From contig CM059431.1 in NCBI GenBank assembly GCA_030390025.1, positions 144,214,001 to 144,278,000 on the forward strand: DNA of 64,000 nucleotides. Direction: 5' to 3'. Source of the stretch: Squalus acanthias (Eukaryota). The first letter of the stretch is position 1. Each line of letters opens with the position of its first letter. Below are positions 24,360-38,709 of the stretch, piece by piece. Position numbers and translations under genes: made by a program. The notes below the pieces were generated by a model. That model was not told where the DNA came from, made no database searches, and saw only the letters and a program-made list of their open reading frames with translations.

Positions 24360-25410
24360 TTGATGATGATGAGGTTGACTATTGATGGCTTTAAACTTAT
24401 TAATGTATTTGATAGAGTAGACGTCGAGAAGATATTTTTCAAATTTGGGGAGTCCAAAACTAGTAGTCATAAATATAAGGTAGTCACTAATAAATACAAA
24501 AGGGATACAGAAGAATCTTATTTAGCCAGAGAGTTGTTAGAATGTGGAATTTATTACATAATGAGCAGTTCAGGCGCGTGGCATCGATGCTTTTAAGGGA
24601 AAGCTAGATAAATACATGAATGAGAAAGAACTAGGAATAGACTACTGGGGTGACATTAAGTAGGGTGGGAGGTGGCTCGTGCAGAGCATAAACACCGACA
24701 CAGACCAGTCGGGCCAAATTCGCCTGTTTCTGTTCTGTAATTCTATGTAACATATAATTCTATGTAAAAAAAAATGCTAATTTATGTAATGTTAGATTTT
24801 ATCTTAAGGGAGTTGGAATACAAAGGGATGCAAGTTATGCTACAGATTAAATGTGTGGGCAGAACAAAACTGAAGAACTGCACACAGTTCCGGCCACCGC
24901 ACCTCAGGAAGGAGATATTGGTCTTGGCAGCGCAGATTCACCAGAATTCTACCGGGGCAAAAGTAATGTACATTATTTGGACAATTCGACTAGACTAGTC
25001 TTGTAATCGCTTGAATGTAAAAGATGAAGAGCTGATCTGATTGAGGTGTATACAACGATTAAAGGATTTGATGGGCTAGATAGAGATAAACTAATTTTCT
25101 CTGGTGGGCGAGTCCAGAATTAGTGGGCACAACCTTCAAATTAGAGATGTACAGTTCCAGGGGTGAGGACAGGAAGCACCTCTTCACACAGAGGATAGTG
25201 GCAATCTCAACTCTTCCACCCTAGAAGATGTCGAGGTTAGGTCGAACGAAATTTTTAAGAGTGAGGTAGCTACATTATTGTTGGATAAGGGTATTCAGGA
25301 ATATATGGAATCAAGGCAGGACAATGGAGTTGAGGTAGAGATCAGCAATGATCTAATTGAATAGCAAAACAGGCTGGAGGAGCTAAATCACTTCCTTTTG
25401 TTCGTGTGCT
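24360..25410 (+). mobile_element. Two old CR1 3' fragments
   Basis: Decayed FDRVDVEKIF and ELEYKG...PHLRKEILVL motifs, each followed by a CR1-type 3' UTR. Confidence 0.7.
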
Positions 25411-25501
25411 CACATACTATCAAACTTCGGACAGGAAACAATAAAAAAATAACCATCTCTATCAGGAACGAACTTCAATAACTCTGCATATAGAATTTAT
25501 T

Positions 25502-26243
25502 GGCCCTAAAATTGCGGTCTTCGTGATGGTGCACGCTCAGTGTACGCCGCCCTAATCCATTTGAAAGACCCCCCAGCATCTGGTTTTCCGTAACCGGAAC
25601 TTGCGATCTCTCAAGGTCCGCCTTCACAGATCAGCCGGGCCAAATGTAAAATCAATATCTCTGGCCCAGAGTTGGGCTATTGCCCAAGAACTGCCCAGCA
25701 ATTATCCACCAAACTCCCACGGCTGGTAAAAGCAGGCATAGGGCCTGCTATCATGAGCGTAAGGGTATATATAAGCCTTAAATTAAGCAATAAAAAAAAA
25801 TGATGCACATACAATTTAAACGAGATTATGTAATATTAGCCCGGATTAAAATGTTTAAAATTATTTATCACAAAATTATATTTTCATTTTATTTGGTGTA
25901 ATGAACGAACTTATGTGAATAAAATTTAAATGCAGTATATTTATATTTATAACAATTGAGTAAATTGTGTAAATATTTGGAGATTCTATTGCACGTCATT
26001 AGGGGATTCCATTCTTAAATGTCTGCAATGGAATCCTCCCGTTTGATTGGAGGTCCGGGCCTACTTGATCCCAGTGACGCTTCCGATCAGCCTTCTTCCC
26101 TGGAATCCGTGGGCCTTTCCGCTTTCGTCCGCCTGGAGGCCTGAGACCCCAATTCTCCGCAGCCTGGACGAACTGAGGGAGGTTCGGAAATGTTTCTCGG
26201 AAGCGTATTCCGGGGGTACGCCTTCGACCGCAATTTCTTGGCC
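25502..26243. mobile_element. MITE-like non-autonomous DNA transposon
   Basis: Imperfect 18-bp TIR GGCCCTAAAATTGCGGTC / GACCGCAATTTCTTGGCC; GC-rich arms around an AT-rich core; no clean TSD. Confidence 0.6.
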
Positions 26244-26774
26244 TTGGGATCTGATTTTAGCGTCGCAATTCCCGCTGGTCTGACATCCCATTTGTTCGCT
26301 ATTTTAACGGGAATGCTAATCGTTTTATAATAAACACTTTACCCTTCCGATGAAATAACGGCAATTAGAGGAATATAGGAAGCCTTCCGTATAAAAAAAT
26401 TCACCCGTCCCAACTATTCAGTTTTAAGCAGAGCAAAACTCCTTCAAACATGTTCTGCTAAGGACATTGGATGGAAACTCACGGACAGACCGCTCCACCA
26501 GTGTGTTCTGTGTTCTCCTGGTACCGATATCGGACTCAGAATTAAAGGCGTCCAGAATATTATAAAACATATTCCCTACATAATCAGGGTGACCTACAAC
26601 AGAACAAATATCATACTGTGCAAAATTAAGATAAAGTATATAAAATCAACCAACATGTAAGTGTGCTTGTGCGAGAGAGGGAGAGGGGGTGGGAAAGAGA
26701 GAGGTCAAGGATTGAGACAAAAAAACTTCCTTGAAAAGTGATTGAGATCACCGGATTAACACGTAAAGCCTGGG

Positions 26775-27180
26775 ACGACTTTCAGCATCCACTCTCTCCA
26801 TCACCGGCGCACCGTGGCTGCAGTGTTTACCATCTACAGGATGCACTGCAGTAGCTCATCAAGGCCTCTTCGGCAGCAGCATCATCTCCGAGTCCCTCTC
26901 CAAGTCACATACCATCCCGACTTGGATAAAGATCGCTCTTCCTTCATAGCCGCTGGGTCAAAATCTTGGAACACCCTTACTTTCAGCACTGTAGGAATGT
27001 CATCATCACATGGAATGCAGCGGTTCAAAAGATGGATCACCAACACCAATAAGATCATGGCTAATCTATCTCATCTCCACTTTCCTGCACTATCCCCATA
27101 TCCCTTGATGCCATTAATATTCAAGGGCAACTAGGGATGGGCAATAAATGTCGGCCTTTCCAGTGACGCGCATATCACGC
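26775..27180 (+). mobile_element. 3' fragment of a second LINE family (tail GGGCAACTAGGGATGGGCAATAAATG)
   Basis: AAVFTIYRMHCS and GSKSWNTL; same family as 50845-53865. Confidence 0.75.
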
Positions 27181-27397
27181 GACTCACTTTCAATGCAGCA
27201 ACATTCCCCCGGTAATACTCCGAGCAGAATCGTACAGGTGATCTTACTGAAGTTGTTTATAATTTTTTTAAATATAATTGCATAGCGTTCAGAACACAGA
27301 AGTAGACTATTCTGCCCAACTGGTCTATGCCCGCGTTTATACTCCACACCAACCTCCCCCCACCCCTCTTCAGCTCAACCTATTACGATATCCTTCT

Positions 27398-29275
27398 ACA
27401 TAAGAACAAAAGAAATAGGAGCAGGAATAGGCCATCGGCCCTTCGAGCCTGATCCGCCATTCAATAAGATCATTTCTGATCTATCTCATCTCCACTTTCC
27501 TGCACTATCCCCATATCCCTTGATGCCAATAATATTCAAATATCTATTTATCTCTGTCTTGAATATATTCAGCGACTGAGCCTCCACAGCCCTCTGGCGT
27601 AGAGAATTGCAACTCTTCACCACCCTCTGAGTGAAGATATTTCTCCTTATCTAATACCTAAAAAGTCGACCCCTTATTCTGAGATTGTGACCAATTGTTC
27701 TAGACTCCCCAGCCAGGGGAAACATCCTCCTTGCATCTACCCTGTCAAGTCCTGTAAGAATTCTGTATGTTTCAAAGAGATCAGCTCTCATTCTTCTAAA
27801 TTCTAGAGAATATTGGCCTCGTCTACTCAATCTCTCCTTATAGGACAATCCACCCATCCCAGGAACCAGTCTGTTCAACCTTCGTTGCACTCTCTCTATG
27901 GCAAGTACATCCTTCCTTAGGTAAGCGGACCAAAACTGTAACCAATATTTCAGGTGTTGTCTCACCAGGGCCCTATATAATTACAGTAAGACGTCTATAC
28001 TTTTAACCCAAATCTCTTGTAATAAGTGCCAACATACCATTTGCTTTCCTAATTGCTTGCTGTACCTGCATGTTAACTTTCAGTGATTCAAGGACACCTA
28101 GGTTCCTCTGATCAACAACATTTCCCAATCTCTCACCATTTTAAAAAATACTTCACTTTTCTATTTTTCGCACTAAAGTGGATAACTTCACATTTCTTGG
28201 CATTATATTCCATTTGCCATGTTCTTGCCCACTGACTTAGCCTATCTATATCCCCTTGAGGCCTCCTTGCATTCTCCTCACAACTTACATTCGCACCCAA
28301 CTTTGTATCATCAGCAAACTTGGATATATTACATTTGGTCCCCTCATCCAAATCAGTGATTTAGATTGTGAATAGCTGCGGCCCAAGCACTGGTCCTTGC
28401 GGTACCACACTAGATACAGCCTGCCAACCCGAAATTGACCAATTTATTTCTATTCTCTGTTTTCTGTCCATTAAGCAATCCTCAATCCTTTCTAATATAT
28501 TATTCCCAATCTCATGAGCCCTAATTTTGTTTAATAACCTCTCTTTTGGCACCTTATTGAATGCCTTCTGAAAATGCAAATACATCACATCCACTGGTTC
28601 CCCCTTATCTATTCTGCTCGTTACCACCTCAACAAACTCAAACATGTTTTTGTAAAAACACGATTTACTTTCATAAATCCATTTTGACTCTGCCCAATCC
28701 TATTATTATTTTCAAATGCCCTATTAGCACGTCCTGAATAATAGATACTAGCATTTTCCCTACTACTGATGTCAGGCTTACTGGTCTGTATTTCTCCGTT
28801 TTCTCTCTCCCTCCTTTCCAAAATAGTGGGGTTACACTTGCCACCTTCCAATCCGCGGGAACCGTTGTAGAATCCATGTAATTTTGGAAAATAACAGACA
28901 ATGCATCCACTATCTCTATAGCCACCTCTGTCAAAACCCTAGGGTGTAGGCCATCAGGTCCACGGGATTTATTGGATTTCAGTCCCATTAATTTCGCCAG
29001 TACTATTTTTTCAACAATACTAGTTTCTTTCAGTTCCTCATCTTCGCTAGAGCCTAGGTTCTCCACTATTTCCACAAGGTTTTTTGAGACTTCTTCCATG
29101 AAGACAGACATTATTATTTGTTTAATCTCTCTGCCATTTCCTTATTCACTATTATAATTTGTCCTGTCTCAGCCTGTAAGGGACCCACATGTACTTTGTC
29201 TAATCTTTTCCTTTTTGCATACCTATAGAAGCTTTTACAGTCTCTTTTTATGTCTCTCGCTAGTTTACTCAAACA
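27398..29275 (-). mobile_element. CR1 LINE, 5'-truncated, in intron of the MS4A pseudogene
   Basis: [30 protein letters not shown]1 tail. Confidence 0.92.
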
Positions 29276-32200
29276 GTTTCTCCCTACCTGCACTATCACA
29301 AACCCTCATAATCTTGATTAGCTTTTAGTTCTCCCTTTAACCTTCTCTGCACTCAGGAGAACAATCCCAGCGTTAGTTTTCTGATAGAAACAATTCAACT
29401 GGGCCGAAGAAGCAGTTGCTGCTAAATCCACAAAATACAATTATACAGAGAAGTCAGCTTCGAACCCCTACCTCGAGAAAAAATTGGGACCTAAACGCAG
29501 CGTTTCCGAGCACTCAGTCACCCTGACTCACTTCTATTCCTTGCTCCGTCGTGTGCTTATCTAGCTTCCCCTTAATACACTAATTTCGCAAGGTATAGAA
29601 ATGGGAAATTATATTCACGAGCTGATTAATGATGCCACAATGCATTGTGTCTGTAACCATGTTTTTTCAATAGGTCTTGAAAGCAGACCATTGCCAATTG
29701 AAATTGTGATTTACTTGAGAAGGGAAAAAAGTAATAATACAAAGGTTTTAATCTTACACCCAGTGCTTTTGGGTTTCCAATCTGAATTCCGGGACCGTTT
29801 ACTCTTCTGTTCGGTGAATATGTCCGGGAGCATCCCCGTCTCACTGGGACTATCCTTGTACCGGATTGCGGGTTAATATGGGGACTGATGAGGCTCCCTT
29901 CAGTGTTCAGTGAAGTCTCCATGTTCCAAGTAAAGACCGGACAATAAACCCTTAGTGATTAAGAAGCAAGTACCACTGAAATGAATATGCCAAAATGTCG
30001 TTTAACAATGATTAAACAATACTCTATATGATATTACAGTCTGACAATGGCAATTTGTGACACTTTAACTAAGCTGGCACTGAATCTACAATTATATATT
30101 TCTAATTCAATTAATTTCGATTGTATTTATAAATGTGATTTTTTTTTCATGTTCATTGAGTTCTTTTCATTCAATCTGGAGAAGTGCTTCGTTTTCACAA
30201 TTCACGTGTCCAGGATCTTAATATTTTAGTCCATAAAACCAGAAAAAAACGAGATCTCTGAAGAAAACTTTGTTCCCCAGTCTTGAAATTTAGACGAAGG
30301 AATGATTTGGGACACAAACGATCAGCATATTGTTGCTGCCTTCAGTTTTTTTTTGCTGTCTGATATTCGTCCTGAAATCGCTAGCGTCTTGTTTTTGAAT
30401 GAGATTTCGCTACAATTATCCAACAAGATAATGTTTCCTGGAGCATATTTAGGTTAATCTTCCAATAGAGCCGAGTGAAAATCTTCCCACTTATGTAACA
30501 TCCTGTTGTCTATCATTACAATAATAAAACACTTTTGAGAAAACGTAATATTATTGATGTATGAGGTTACACTGTCCATTCAAATAAAAATTAACAGAAT
30601 TGCATCAATGTAAAAAATAGTGTCTTAATTCGGTTGAACGTATGCAAGTTACGACAATTCTTTTAATTCTACTTTATTTTAAGTACAAATTGAATATGTA
30701 TTTGGTTTGGTTCATTTTCACTAGTATTGTGACTCGGACTCATTGGACCGGTAGTGTGAAGTAGAATTTGAATAAACAGATGTTGCAAATAAACTGACGG
30801 GATAAGATCCTTCTGTTTGTCGTACAGGCTCAGATTTAGGTGCAAATAGCTAAACTCTCTTCTAATTGCAAAATGCAACATTACCTCAAGCAGGCATTTT
30901 AATTTACTTCTGACGTTCCAAACAACAATCATCCAAAAACCAGTTATAGAAATAGAAATGTAACGACTCACCGTTGGCGTTTAACATTAAACCGAGCAAA
31001 TTACCGAAAATACAATTTGAGAAAAAGGACCTTGTTACAAACCCAGTGTTTATATTCTGTAAACAGCTGGTTGTGAAGCATTTAACCACAGCTCGGGATT
31101 TCTATATATAAATGTAAGCACACAAAGTTCTTATCAGCACACAGGGAATATTGTGTATAATGGTTGGATTAAATTTAAAACATGAGCGCCACTGAAACTT
31201 TCAGACTGAAGATATGCAACAATCCGAGAAGATGCTATAGTTTTTATGCAGCTAAACTTATCACATTTTTATGTATATATTTAAGTTTGAGCGACGGCGC
31301 AAAACGGACGATATCGAATAGGCTTTTATACGGTCCCGCCAGATTTTCCCCGAATTGAATTAAATGGAAGAGAAATCGGACGCGGTGTGTACCGGGCGCT
31401 AATTCCATATCGCCCATTATATAACATCGCTCAGAGTTAAAATTAACCCCATTGTTCCCAACAACAGCCATTTATCTTTGCTAAAAGGAATTCGATGTTC
31501 AATATGAATCGGCATAAGTTACCCATGATTATCGATCACCAATCGATGCTCTGGGTCTTGTTATAAAGCTCGAGAGTCTTGATGATCGGACACTTGGGTA
31601 ATACTGCTGGATGTAACCGAAATTAACTATTGGCTAGCGTTCGGGGACGGTGTGTTTCATGTTCACTGGTATTGTGAGTCAGACTCATTGGGTCACTGGC
31701 CTGCTTTTATGTTATAACTTTTCTGCATTTTTTGGATCACTAGAATTTCAAAGCATGAGTCCAATACCTTTATCCTCTGTGAAACACTTTTAGACAGTTC
31801 AATTTAGAGGAGAACAAAAGAGATTTGAAAGAAACAGCGCGGGAATACTGAGTGTGGAAATTACACTTTGTGCTATCAGAGGAGAAACGCTTCGGGGATG
31901 AAATAGGACACATGAGGTGAAGCAAAACAGGCGGAATCCCATTTCAGGACTTTTACAGGACAAGCATGATTTTCAGTTATATTGAAGCCTCTGGGACTGA
32001 AAATCAGGCGAAATATATAACAGGCGACCAATGCGATACCAGCTGTTTTCCATTCATGTCCAAGGCGAATTTTACACCACACCGAGTTTCCTTATAATAT
32101 TACACTGATTTTTATTTTTCTGAATATGATACATTTCAAGGAAAACATTTGGTAACCGCACTAAAATTGGAAAGCGAATTTTCATAGTGTTCACCCGCTA

Positions 32201-33049
32201 TTGTTCAAGTATCAATTACACCTGTTTGGTTTTCCCGCCTATGTCCAATTTCAACCGCATGTTGGGATACCGCTTAACTTTGGTTCATTTGTTATGGAGA
32301 CTTCCGAGTAAACGACCTCTCCCTTTACAATGGCTAAAATATGCAGGCAATCGACCACTCTCTGGGCTGAGTGCCCTCTAGGTAGAGTTAAATGGGTCAA
32401 CACTCTGATACTGACACCGTACTGTCGTGTTAGTTTTGTTTAGTTTTCATGACAAAATGTGACATGTTTAGTTGGGGAAATAAAATTGACTACCAACAAG
32501 CGGTAGATGATGTAAAGACGATATTATTACCAAATAAGTGCATGACTGCAAGAAAGAACAAAAGTTCATTTTCTGTTTCCTGTTCTCATATTTACTCTGT
32601 GCACCTGACGAGTCAACAACCCATCTCGGTTTAGGTGGTGATTTACAATGTGAGTCTAAGACGGCGGGAGACGCACGTCCGCATGACATTATCTGGGTCA
32701 GGGCTGTGCTTTGTGGCAGATTGTGCACATTGTCAATAGCAAACGAACCCAGCCAGTGGTTTCAGCAGCTGTATATTTTGGTGCAGCTTTGGATTCCAGC
32801 ACAAAATGGACTCCTCCCGCTTGTTCCATTCTTACCTATCCAAATATAGCCATAGCATCTCCAGCAATGGCTGCTCTCCTGTCCAGCATTGTTAACTTGG
32901 CGCTTCCACAAAGATTTAAGCTTCGCCCTCTCCCCTTCCTCATTCACAGCTGCCCCTTGATGGCATCATCCGAAGACTTGGAGTCAGCTTCCACATGTGC
33001 TGACGTCATAACTCTCAGACTCTACGTCCCCTGAATATAGAATATGAAG

Positions 33050-34640
33050 AAGAGTGATCCACATTGAAGATTTTAAAATACTTAAATTATTTGATAGAAT
33101 TTAAAAAAATTGTTGGGGGAGTCCAGAAATAGGTGGGTATAGCCTTAAAATTAGAGCAAGGAACGATCAGGACTGATGTTAGGAAGCACTTGTTCAGTCA
33201 AAGGGTAATGGAAATCTGGAACTCCTTCCCTAAAAAAGCTGCTGAGGCCATGCCAATTCAAAATGTATAACTGAGATTAATAGATTTTTGTTAGCAACGG
33301 TATTAAGGGTTACAGAACCAAGGCGGGTGAATGGAGTTAAGGTACAAGGCAGCCAATATCTAATGGAATGGTGGAAAAGGCTCCATGAATTGAATGGGTT
33401 CATCCCTTTTCTATATTCCTAAATCCAAAATGCAGTTGGACTTTTTACATGACTTCAGCTACCTGCATGGGTACTTCGAAGGAATTGAGTCTTTAAACAT
33501 TTGGTTTCTCTGTTCAGTGACACCATTCAGTGTCTTTCCATTCCCTACAAAATCTAATATGTCACACTTATCCATATTAAAAACCAGCTGCCATCTCTAT
33601 CCCCACTTCTCCAACCTAATTTCCTGATGGTGCTGATAGTCCTGAACGCTGTTTAGCAAACTCCTTACATTTGTGTCTCAGCAAATTTCGAAATTGTTCT
33701 TGCTATTTCAAAATTTAAATCATAGAAATAAAACTGGAATCCTGTAGTACACTTCGAACCCAGCTCCAACCTTTCTCAATCTAATTAACATTAATTCAAG
33801 CTAACTTTTTGAATCTTTTCCATCAGCCTCCTTTATATCCGAGCTGCTACATCTTTTCTGATCCAAAGGGTCTGAATATTCTAGGGTGTAGTTACAGGAT
33901 AATTCACTATATAAAGACGCGAGCCATTTTGTTCTTTTACAAGCCCTTGGTCAGGCCTCAGTTAGAGAAATGTGTTCAATTTTGGTCCCCTCAAAAGATA
34001 GGCGTACCTGAGGATAGAATAGGTAGAGAGGGAGGCCACAAGATTGATACCCTGTTTGAAGTATCCTAGTTAGCAAGATAGGCTGAAAGAGATGGGTCTG
34101 TACACTTTGGAGAAGCGTAGATATAGTGGTGAATTGAATAAGGTTTATAAGATGATGATGGGATTAAATTGCCTTTTTCTAGACAAAATTCTTCAACTAA
34201 ATAGGTTAGGGTGGACCAGGGGTCACAAGCTGAAGTGCCAGATCTAGGTAAGATTTTAGGAGAAAGTTATTTTATTGAAGAATAGTGGACCAGTTTAACA
34301 GGCTGCTGGCTTGTGTGGTGGAAGCATCAATTCCATCAAGCGAGGGCTGGAACTGCAACTGGCTGGTGCGGAGGTCACCTGGTACAACGGGAAGATACAT
34401 GGTAATGTTAATCTGGGCCAGTGTGATCTCATGGATTAATTGTAATCACCTAAAGCGGTCGGAGAAGAATTTTTCAGATGTGTTACCATTTATGATCCTG
34501 GGTTTTGATCTGTTTTGTCGCCTCTTCCAGTAGATCACGTGGGTTAGGGTGGCGCGTTTATATACTGTGAAGCACGGGGCTTCACAACGGGGCTGAATGG
34601 ACCAGTAGGTCGCTGTCTGTCCGCCATTTATCGTATGTTG
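33050..34640 (+). mobile_element. Old CR1 fragments in the spacer between the inverted arms
   Basis: CR1 3' end at 33050-33420; YKPLVRPQLEKCVQFWSP at ~33940-33990 followed by a decayed 3' region. Confidence 0.65.
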
Positions 34641-35744
34641 CAAACTTGCCTCTTGTGGAAAATCTTTTCAAACACCTGATAAAAATTCATACTAGGTCTT
34701 TACTTCATCCCCTCCATCTATGCAATCGGTAAAAGTTGTCAAACATGACTTGACTTTCTTAAACCCATGCAGACAGCCCTTAAATTAACCCGTGCATTTG
34801 TAAATGCTCTCTAATTTTATCTCGGATTTTTGATTTGAAGCGTTTGCCCAACAACTGACGTTGCACTAACTGATCTGCACTCAGTTTACAGATTGGCGTA
34901 AAGTTCTGATCAAACCCCAGCGACCCAACTGGGAAATGGGCTCAAACTGAGGCATCAGATCAAAATTGCCAATTATTAGAAATCCTTGCAGCATCTCAAA
35001 TGAACCAAACTGACTCAACTCTACAGAAATGAACAAAACATAGTAACCATCCCACTGCTTCGCTGTTTTTTTTGAGGGACACCTCTCCTACTTATAGACT
35101 CGACAGAACTTAAACTCAAATTGTAAACCTTCAACAGGTGTGCAGCTGCTGAAACCACTGCTGTGGTTGGGTTGCTATTGACAATGTGCAGAAACTGCAG
35201 CAAAGCACAGGCCTGACCCAGATAATGTCATGCGGACGTGCGAGTCCCGCCGTCTTAGAATCACCTTGTCGATCACAACCTAAACCCAGATGTGTTATTG
35301 ACTGGTCGGATGTAGCGAGTGGAGGTGATAACAGGAAGTAAGAAAATTAACATTTACTCGTTCTCACAGTCAAACAATTATTTGGTAAAACATCCTTGTC
35401 CACTACTCGTGTATAGTCAGCATTATTCCGCAACTAAATGGAATCAGGGAATGGTGCAGCACAAATAGAGTCCATTCGGTCGATCGTGCCCGTGCCACCA
35501 GATATCTGGCACATTCTGTTCTGAAAACTAAATAACAAAACTAATACACAAGTATTGCCTCAGTGCCAAAGTGATGACCCCTTGAACTGCACTATTATCA
35601 ACCTACAGCGTACTGGGCCCATCGAGAGGAGAATTGGCCGCACGTTTTAGCTGTTGAAAAGGGAGAGGTCGTTTATATAGCGTTCTCCGTAATTAAGAGT
35701 CAGAATTTGGGCAGTGATTGCATGCTAACCGTTGAATTGGATGG

Positions 35745-36580
35745 TTGAGGGGTAGATTCCTACTCCAGCACACAATCTAGGCTGACACTCCCAGTGCCAG
35801 TACTGAGGGAACGCTGCACTCTCGGAAGTGCGGTCTTTCGGATGAGAGGTTGAAGCAAGACTCCCTCTATATTGAAGCAGAGTAGAGGAGTTCACCTTGG
35901 TGTCAGCTGTGGCTCAGTGGGTAGCACCCTCGCCTCTGGGTCATAAAGTTGTGGGCCCAACTCCCACTCCAGGGACTTGAGCACATAAAACTAGGCTGAC
36001 ACTCCAGTGCAGTGCTGAGGGAGCGCTGCACTGTCGGAGGTGCCGTCTTTCGTCTGAGACGTTAAACCGAGGCCCCGTCTGCTCTCTCAGGTGGACGTAA
36101 AAGATCCCATGGCATTATTTCGAAGAAGAGTAGGGGAGTTATCCCGGGTGTCCTGGCCAATATTTCTCCCTCAACCAACATAACGAAAACAGATTATCTG
36201 GTCTTTATCACATTGCTGTTTGTGGGAGCTTGCTGTGCGTAAATTGGCTGCCTCATTTTCCACATTACAACAGTGACTACGATTCAAAAGTATTTCATTG
36301 GCTGTAAAGTTCTTTGAGACGTTCGGTGTTCGTGAAAGGCGCTATATAAATGCAAGACTTTCTTGTCTTTGGTGTCCTGGGCCAATATTGACCAAACAAC
36401 CAACATCACTAAAAACAGTTTCAGTGGTCATTATCACATTGCTCTTTGTGGGAGCTTGCTGTGCGCACATTAGCTACCACGCTTCCTACATTACAACAGT
36501 GACCTTACTTCAAAATTACTTAAAGTGTGTTGGTTCCGAGGTCGTAAAAGGCGCTATAGAAATCCAAGTTCTTCATTTCA
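35745..36580 (+). mobile_element. Deu-domain SINE (35900-36368) nested inside an older copy of the same SINE family
   Basis: Complete inner copy with tRNA-like head and L2-like tail; outer halves rejoin across it; TTGGTGTC repeated at 35897 and 36369. Confidence 0.85.
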
Positions 36581-36604
36581 TTGGACGTTTATGTTTAAAT
36601 AGCA

Positions 36605-38220
36605 TCATGAAATAGTACTAGTGGTACTAGCGGGCTTAAAAGTGGATATATCCCCAGGCCCTGACGGCATGATTTCCAGGCTGCTGTGTGAGGCAAGGGT
36701 GTAGACTGCAGGGGCTCTGACATACATTTTCAGAACCTCTCTGGCCAAAGGGGAGGTGCCAGGGGACTGGAGAACAGCTAACGTAGTAACATTGTTCAAG
36801 AAGGGGAGTAGGGATAAACCAGGGATTTACAGGCAAGTGAGCCTAACATCAGGGGTAGGGAAATTATTGTAAAAAATTCTGAGGGAAATAAATAGTCTTC
36901 ACTTGGAGAGGCAGGGATTAATCAGGGATAGTCAGCATGGCAATGTCAGGGGGTGATCATGTCTGACCAATTTGAAATAATTTTTCAACGGGGTGACTAG
37001 GTGTGTGGATGAGGATAGTGTCGCTGATGTAGTCTACATGGACTTCAGTAAGGCTTTTGACAAAGTTCCACATGGGAGACTGGTCAAGAAGGTAAGAACC
37101 CATGGGATCCAGGGCATTTGGACACATTGGATCCAGGATTGGCTTAGATGCAGAAGGCAGAGGTTGATGGCCAAAGTTTGTATTTGTGACTGGAAGACTG
37201 TGTCCAGTGGTGTACTGCAGGGATCGGTGCTGGGTCCTTTGCTGTTTGTAGTGTACATTAATGATTTAGATTTGAATGTAGGAGGTATGATCAGTAAGTT
37301 CGCAGATGACAGTAAAGTTGGTGGAGTGGCAATTAGCGAGGAGGGAAGCCTCAGGCTACAGGACGATACAGACGGGATGGATGGATGAGCAGAACAGTGG
37401 CAAATGGAATTTAACCCGGAAAAGTGTGAGGTGATGCATTTTGGGAGGACTTACAAGGCAAGGGAATGCACAATGAAAGGTAGAACCCCAGGAAGGACAG
37501 AGGATCAGAGGGATCTTGGTGTGCATGGACATAGATCCCTGAAGGCAGCAGGACAGGTAGATAAGGTGGTTAAAAAGGCATATGGGATACTTGCCTTCAT
37601 TGGCCCAGGTATCGAATATAAGGACAGGGAGGTTATGATGGAGCTGTACAAAACTCTAGTTAGGCCACAGCTGGAATACTGTGTGCAGTGCTGGTCGCCA
37701 AACTATAGGAAGGATGTGATTCCATTGGAGAGGGTGCAGAGGAGATTCACCAGGATGTTACCTGGGCTGGAGCGCTTCAGCTATGAAGAGTGACTGGACA
37801 GGCTGGGGTTGTTTCCTTAGAGCAGAGTAGGCTGAGGGGGGACCTGATTGAGCTGTACAAAATTATGAAGGGCATAGATAGTGTAGATAGAAAGGAACAT
37901 TTCCCCTTAGTAGAGTGGTCAATAACCAAGGGCATAGTTTCAAGGTAAGGGGCAGGAGGCTTAGAGGGGATTTGAGGAAAAAAAAATTCACCCAGGGGGT
38001 GGTTGGAATCTGGAACTCACTGCCTGAAAGGGTGGTAGAGGCTTCAACCCTCACAACTTTCAAGAAGCATTTAGATGAGCACTTGAAACGCCATAGCATA
38101 CAAGGCTACGGACCAAGTGCTGGAAAATGAGATTACAATACACAGGGTTTGATGGCCGGCGCGGACACGATGAGCCGAAGGGCCTCTTTATGGCTGTATA
38201 ACTCTATGACTCTATGACTA
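36605..38220 (+). mobile_element. CR1 LINE, 5'-truncated
   Basis: YMDFSKAFDKVPHGRL, SKFADDSK, RPQLEYCVQ; (CTCTATGA)n tail. Confidence 0.92.
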
Positions 38221-38709
38221 CAGCATAGATGGAGGCCATCCAGTCTAAGCTGGCTCTTTTGAAGACCAATCCAGTTAGTCCCACTCCCAGCTCTTTTTCC
38301 ATATCCCTGCAATTTTTTCTCCTTCAAGTATTTAATAACACCTCTTTTGAAGGCTACTATTGAATATGTTTCCACCACCCTATCAGGCAAATTTCCATTC
38401 TGCATTGACACCGGCAGTGATAATTGCACCGATAGACCTCAGTCCGAGCAGGAACAGTCCTCAGTCATCACGGTTCTGTTTTGGATGATTAGTGGGAAGG
38501 ACACATAACCAGTTACATGCAAATCTCCAAAAGTTCCCCTGCTCCCTATGTCTCGTTGAATCGTTAACCCGTGTATAGAGAAAGTGTTTGGAATATATAT
38601 ACACATAATTCATAACTCATAATCTCGCAATATTAAAAGTTCAGGCAACACGGGCCTCTAATTCTAGTGTTTGATGAATAATATCACAATTCAGCCTATT
38701 TTCTCGGAT

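Larger units (their letters stand above)
26483..29922 (-). pseudogene. MS4A (CD20-family) pseudogene, only two coding exons found (29922-29758, 26593-26483)
   Basis: METSL...GNPKALG|gtaag (165 nt); tag|VTLIM*GICFIIFW...THWWSGLS|gtgagt (111 nt) with in-frame TAG at 26578-26576. Exon sizes equal those of the + copy. Confidence 0.85.
26290..32790 (-). repeat. Left arm of an old inverted segmental duplication
   Basis: Reverse-complement similarity in order: 32480-32775 with 35140-35430; 31510-31630 with 39490-39610; 30770-31000 with 40440-40680; 29580-30030 with 41340-41790; 26290-26760 with 45600-46110. Confidence 0.88.
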
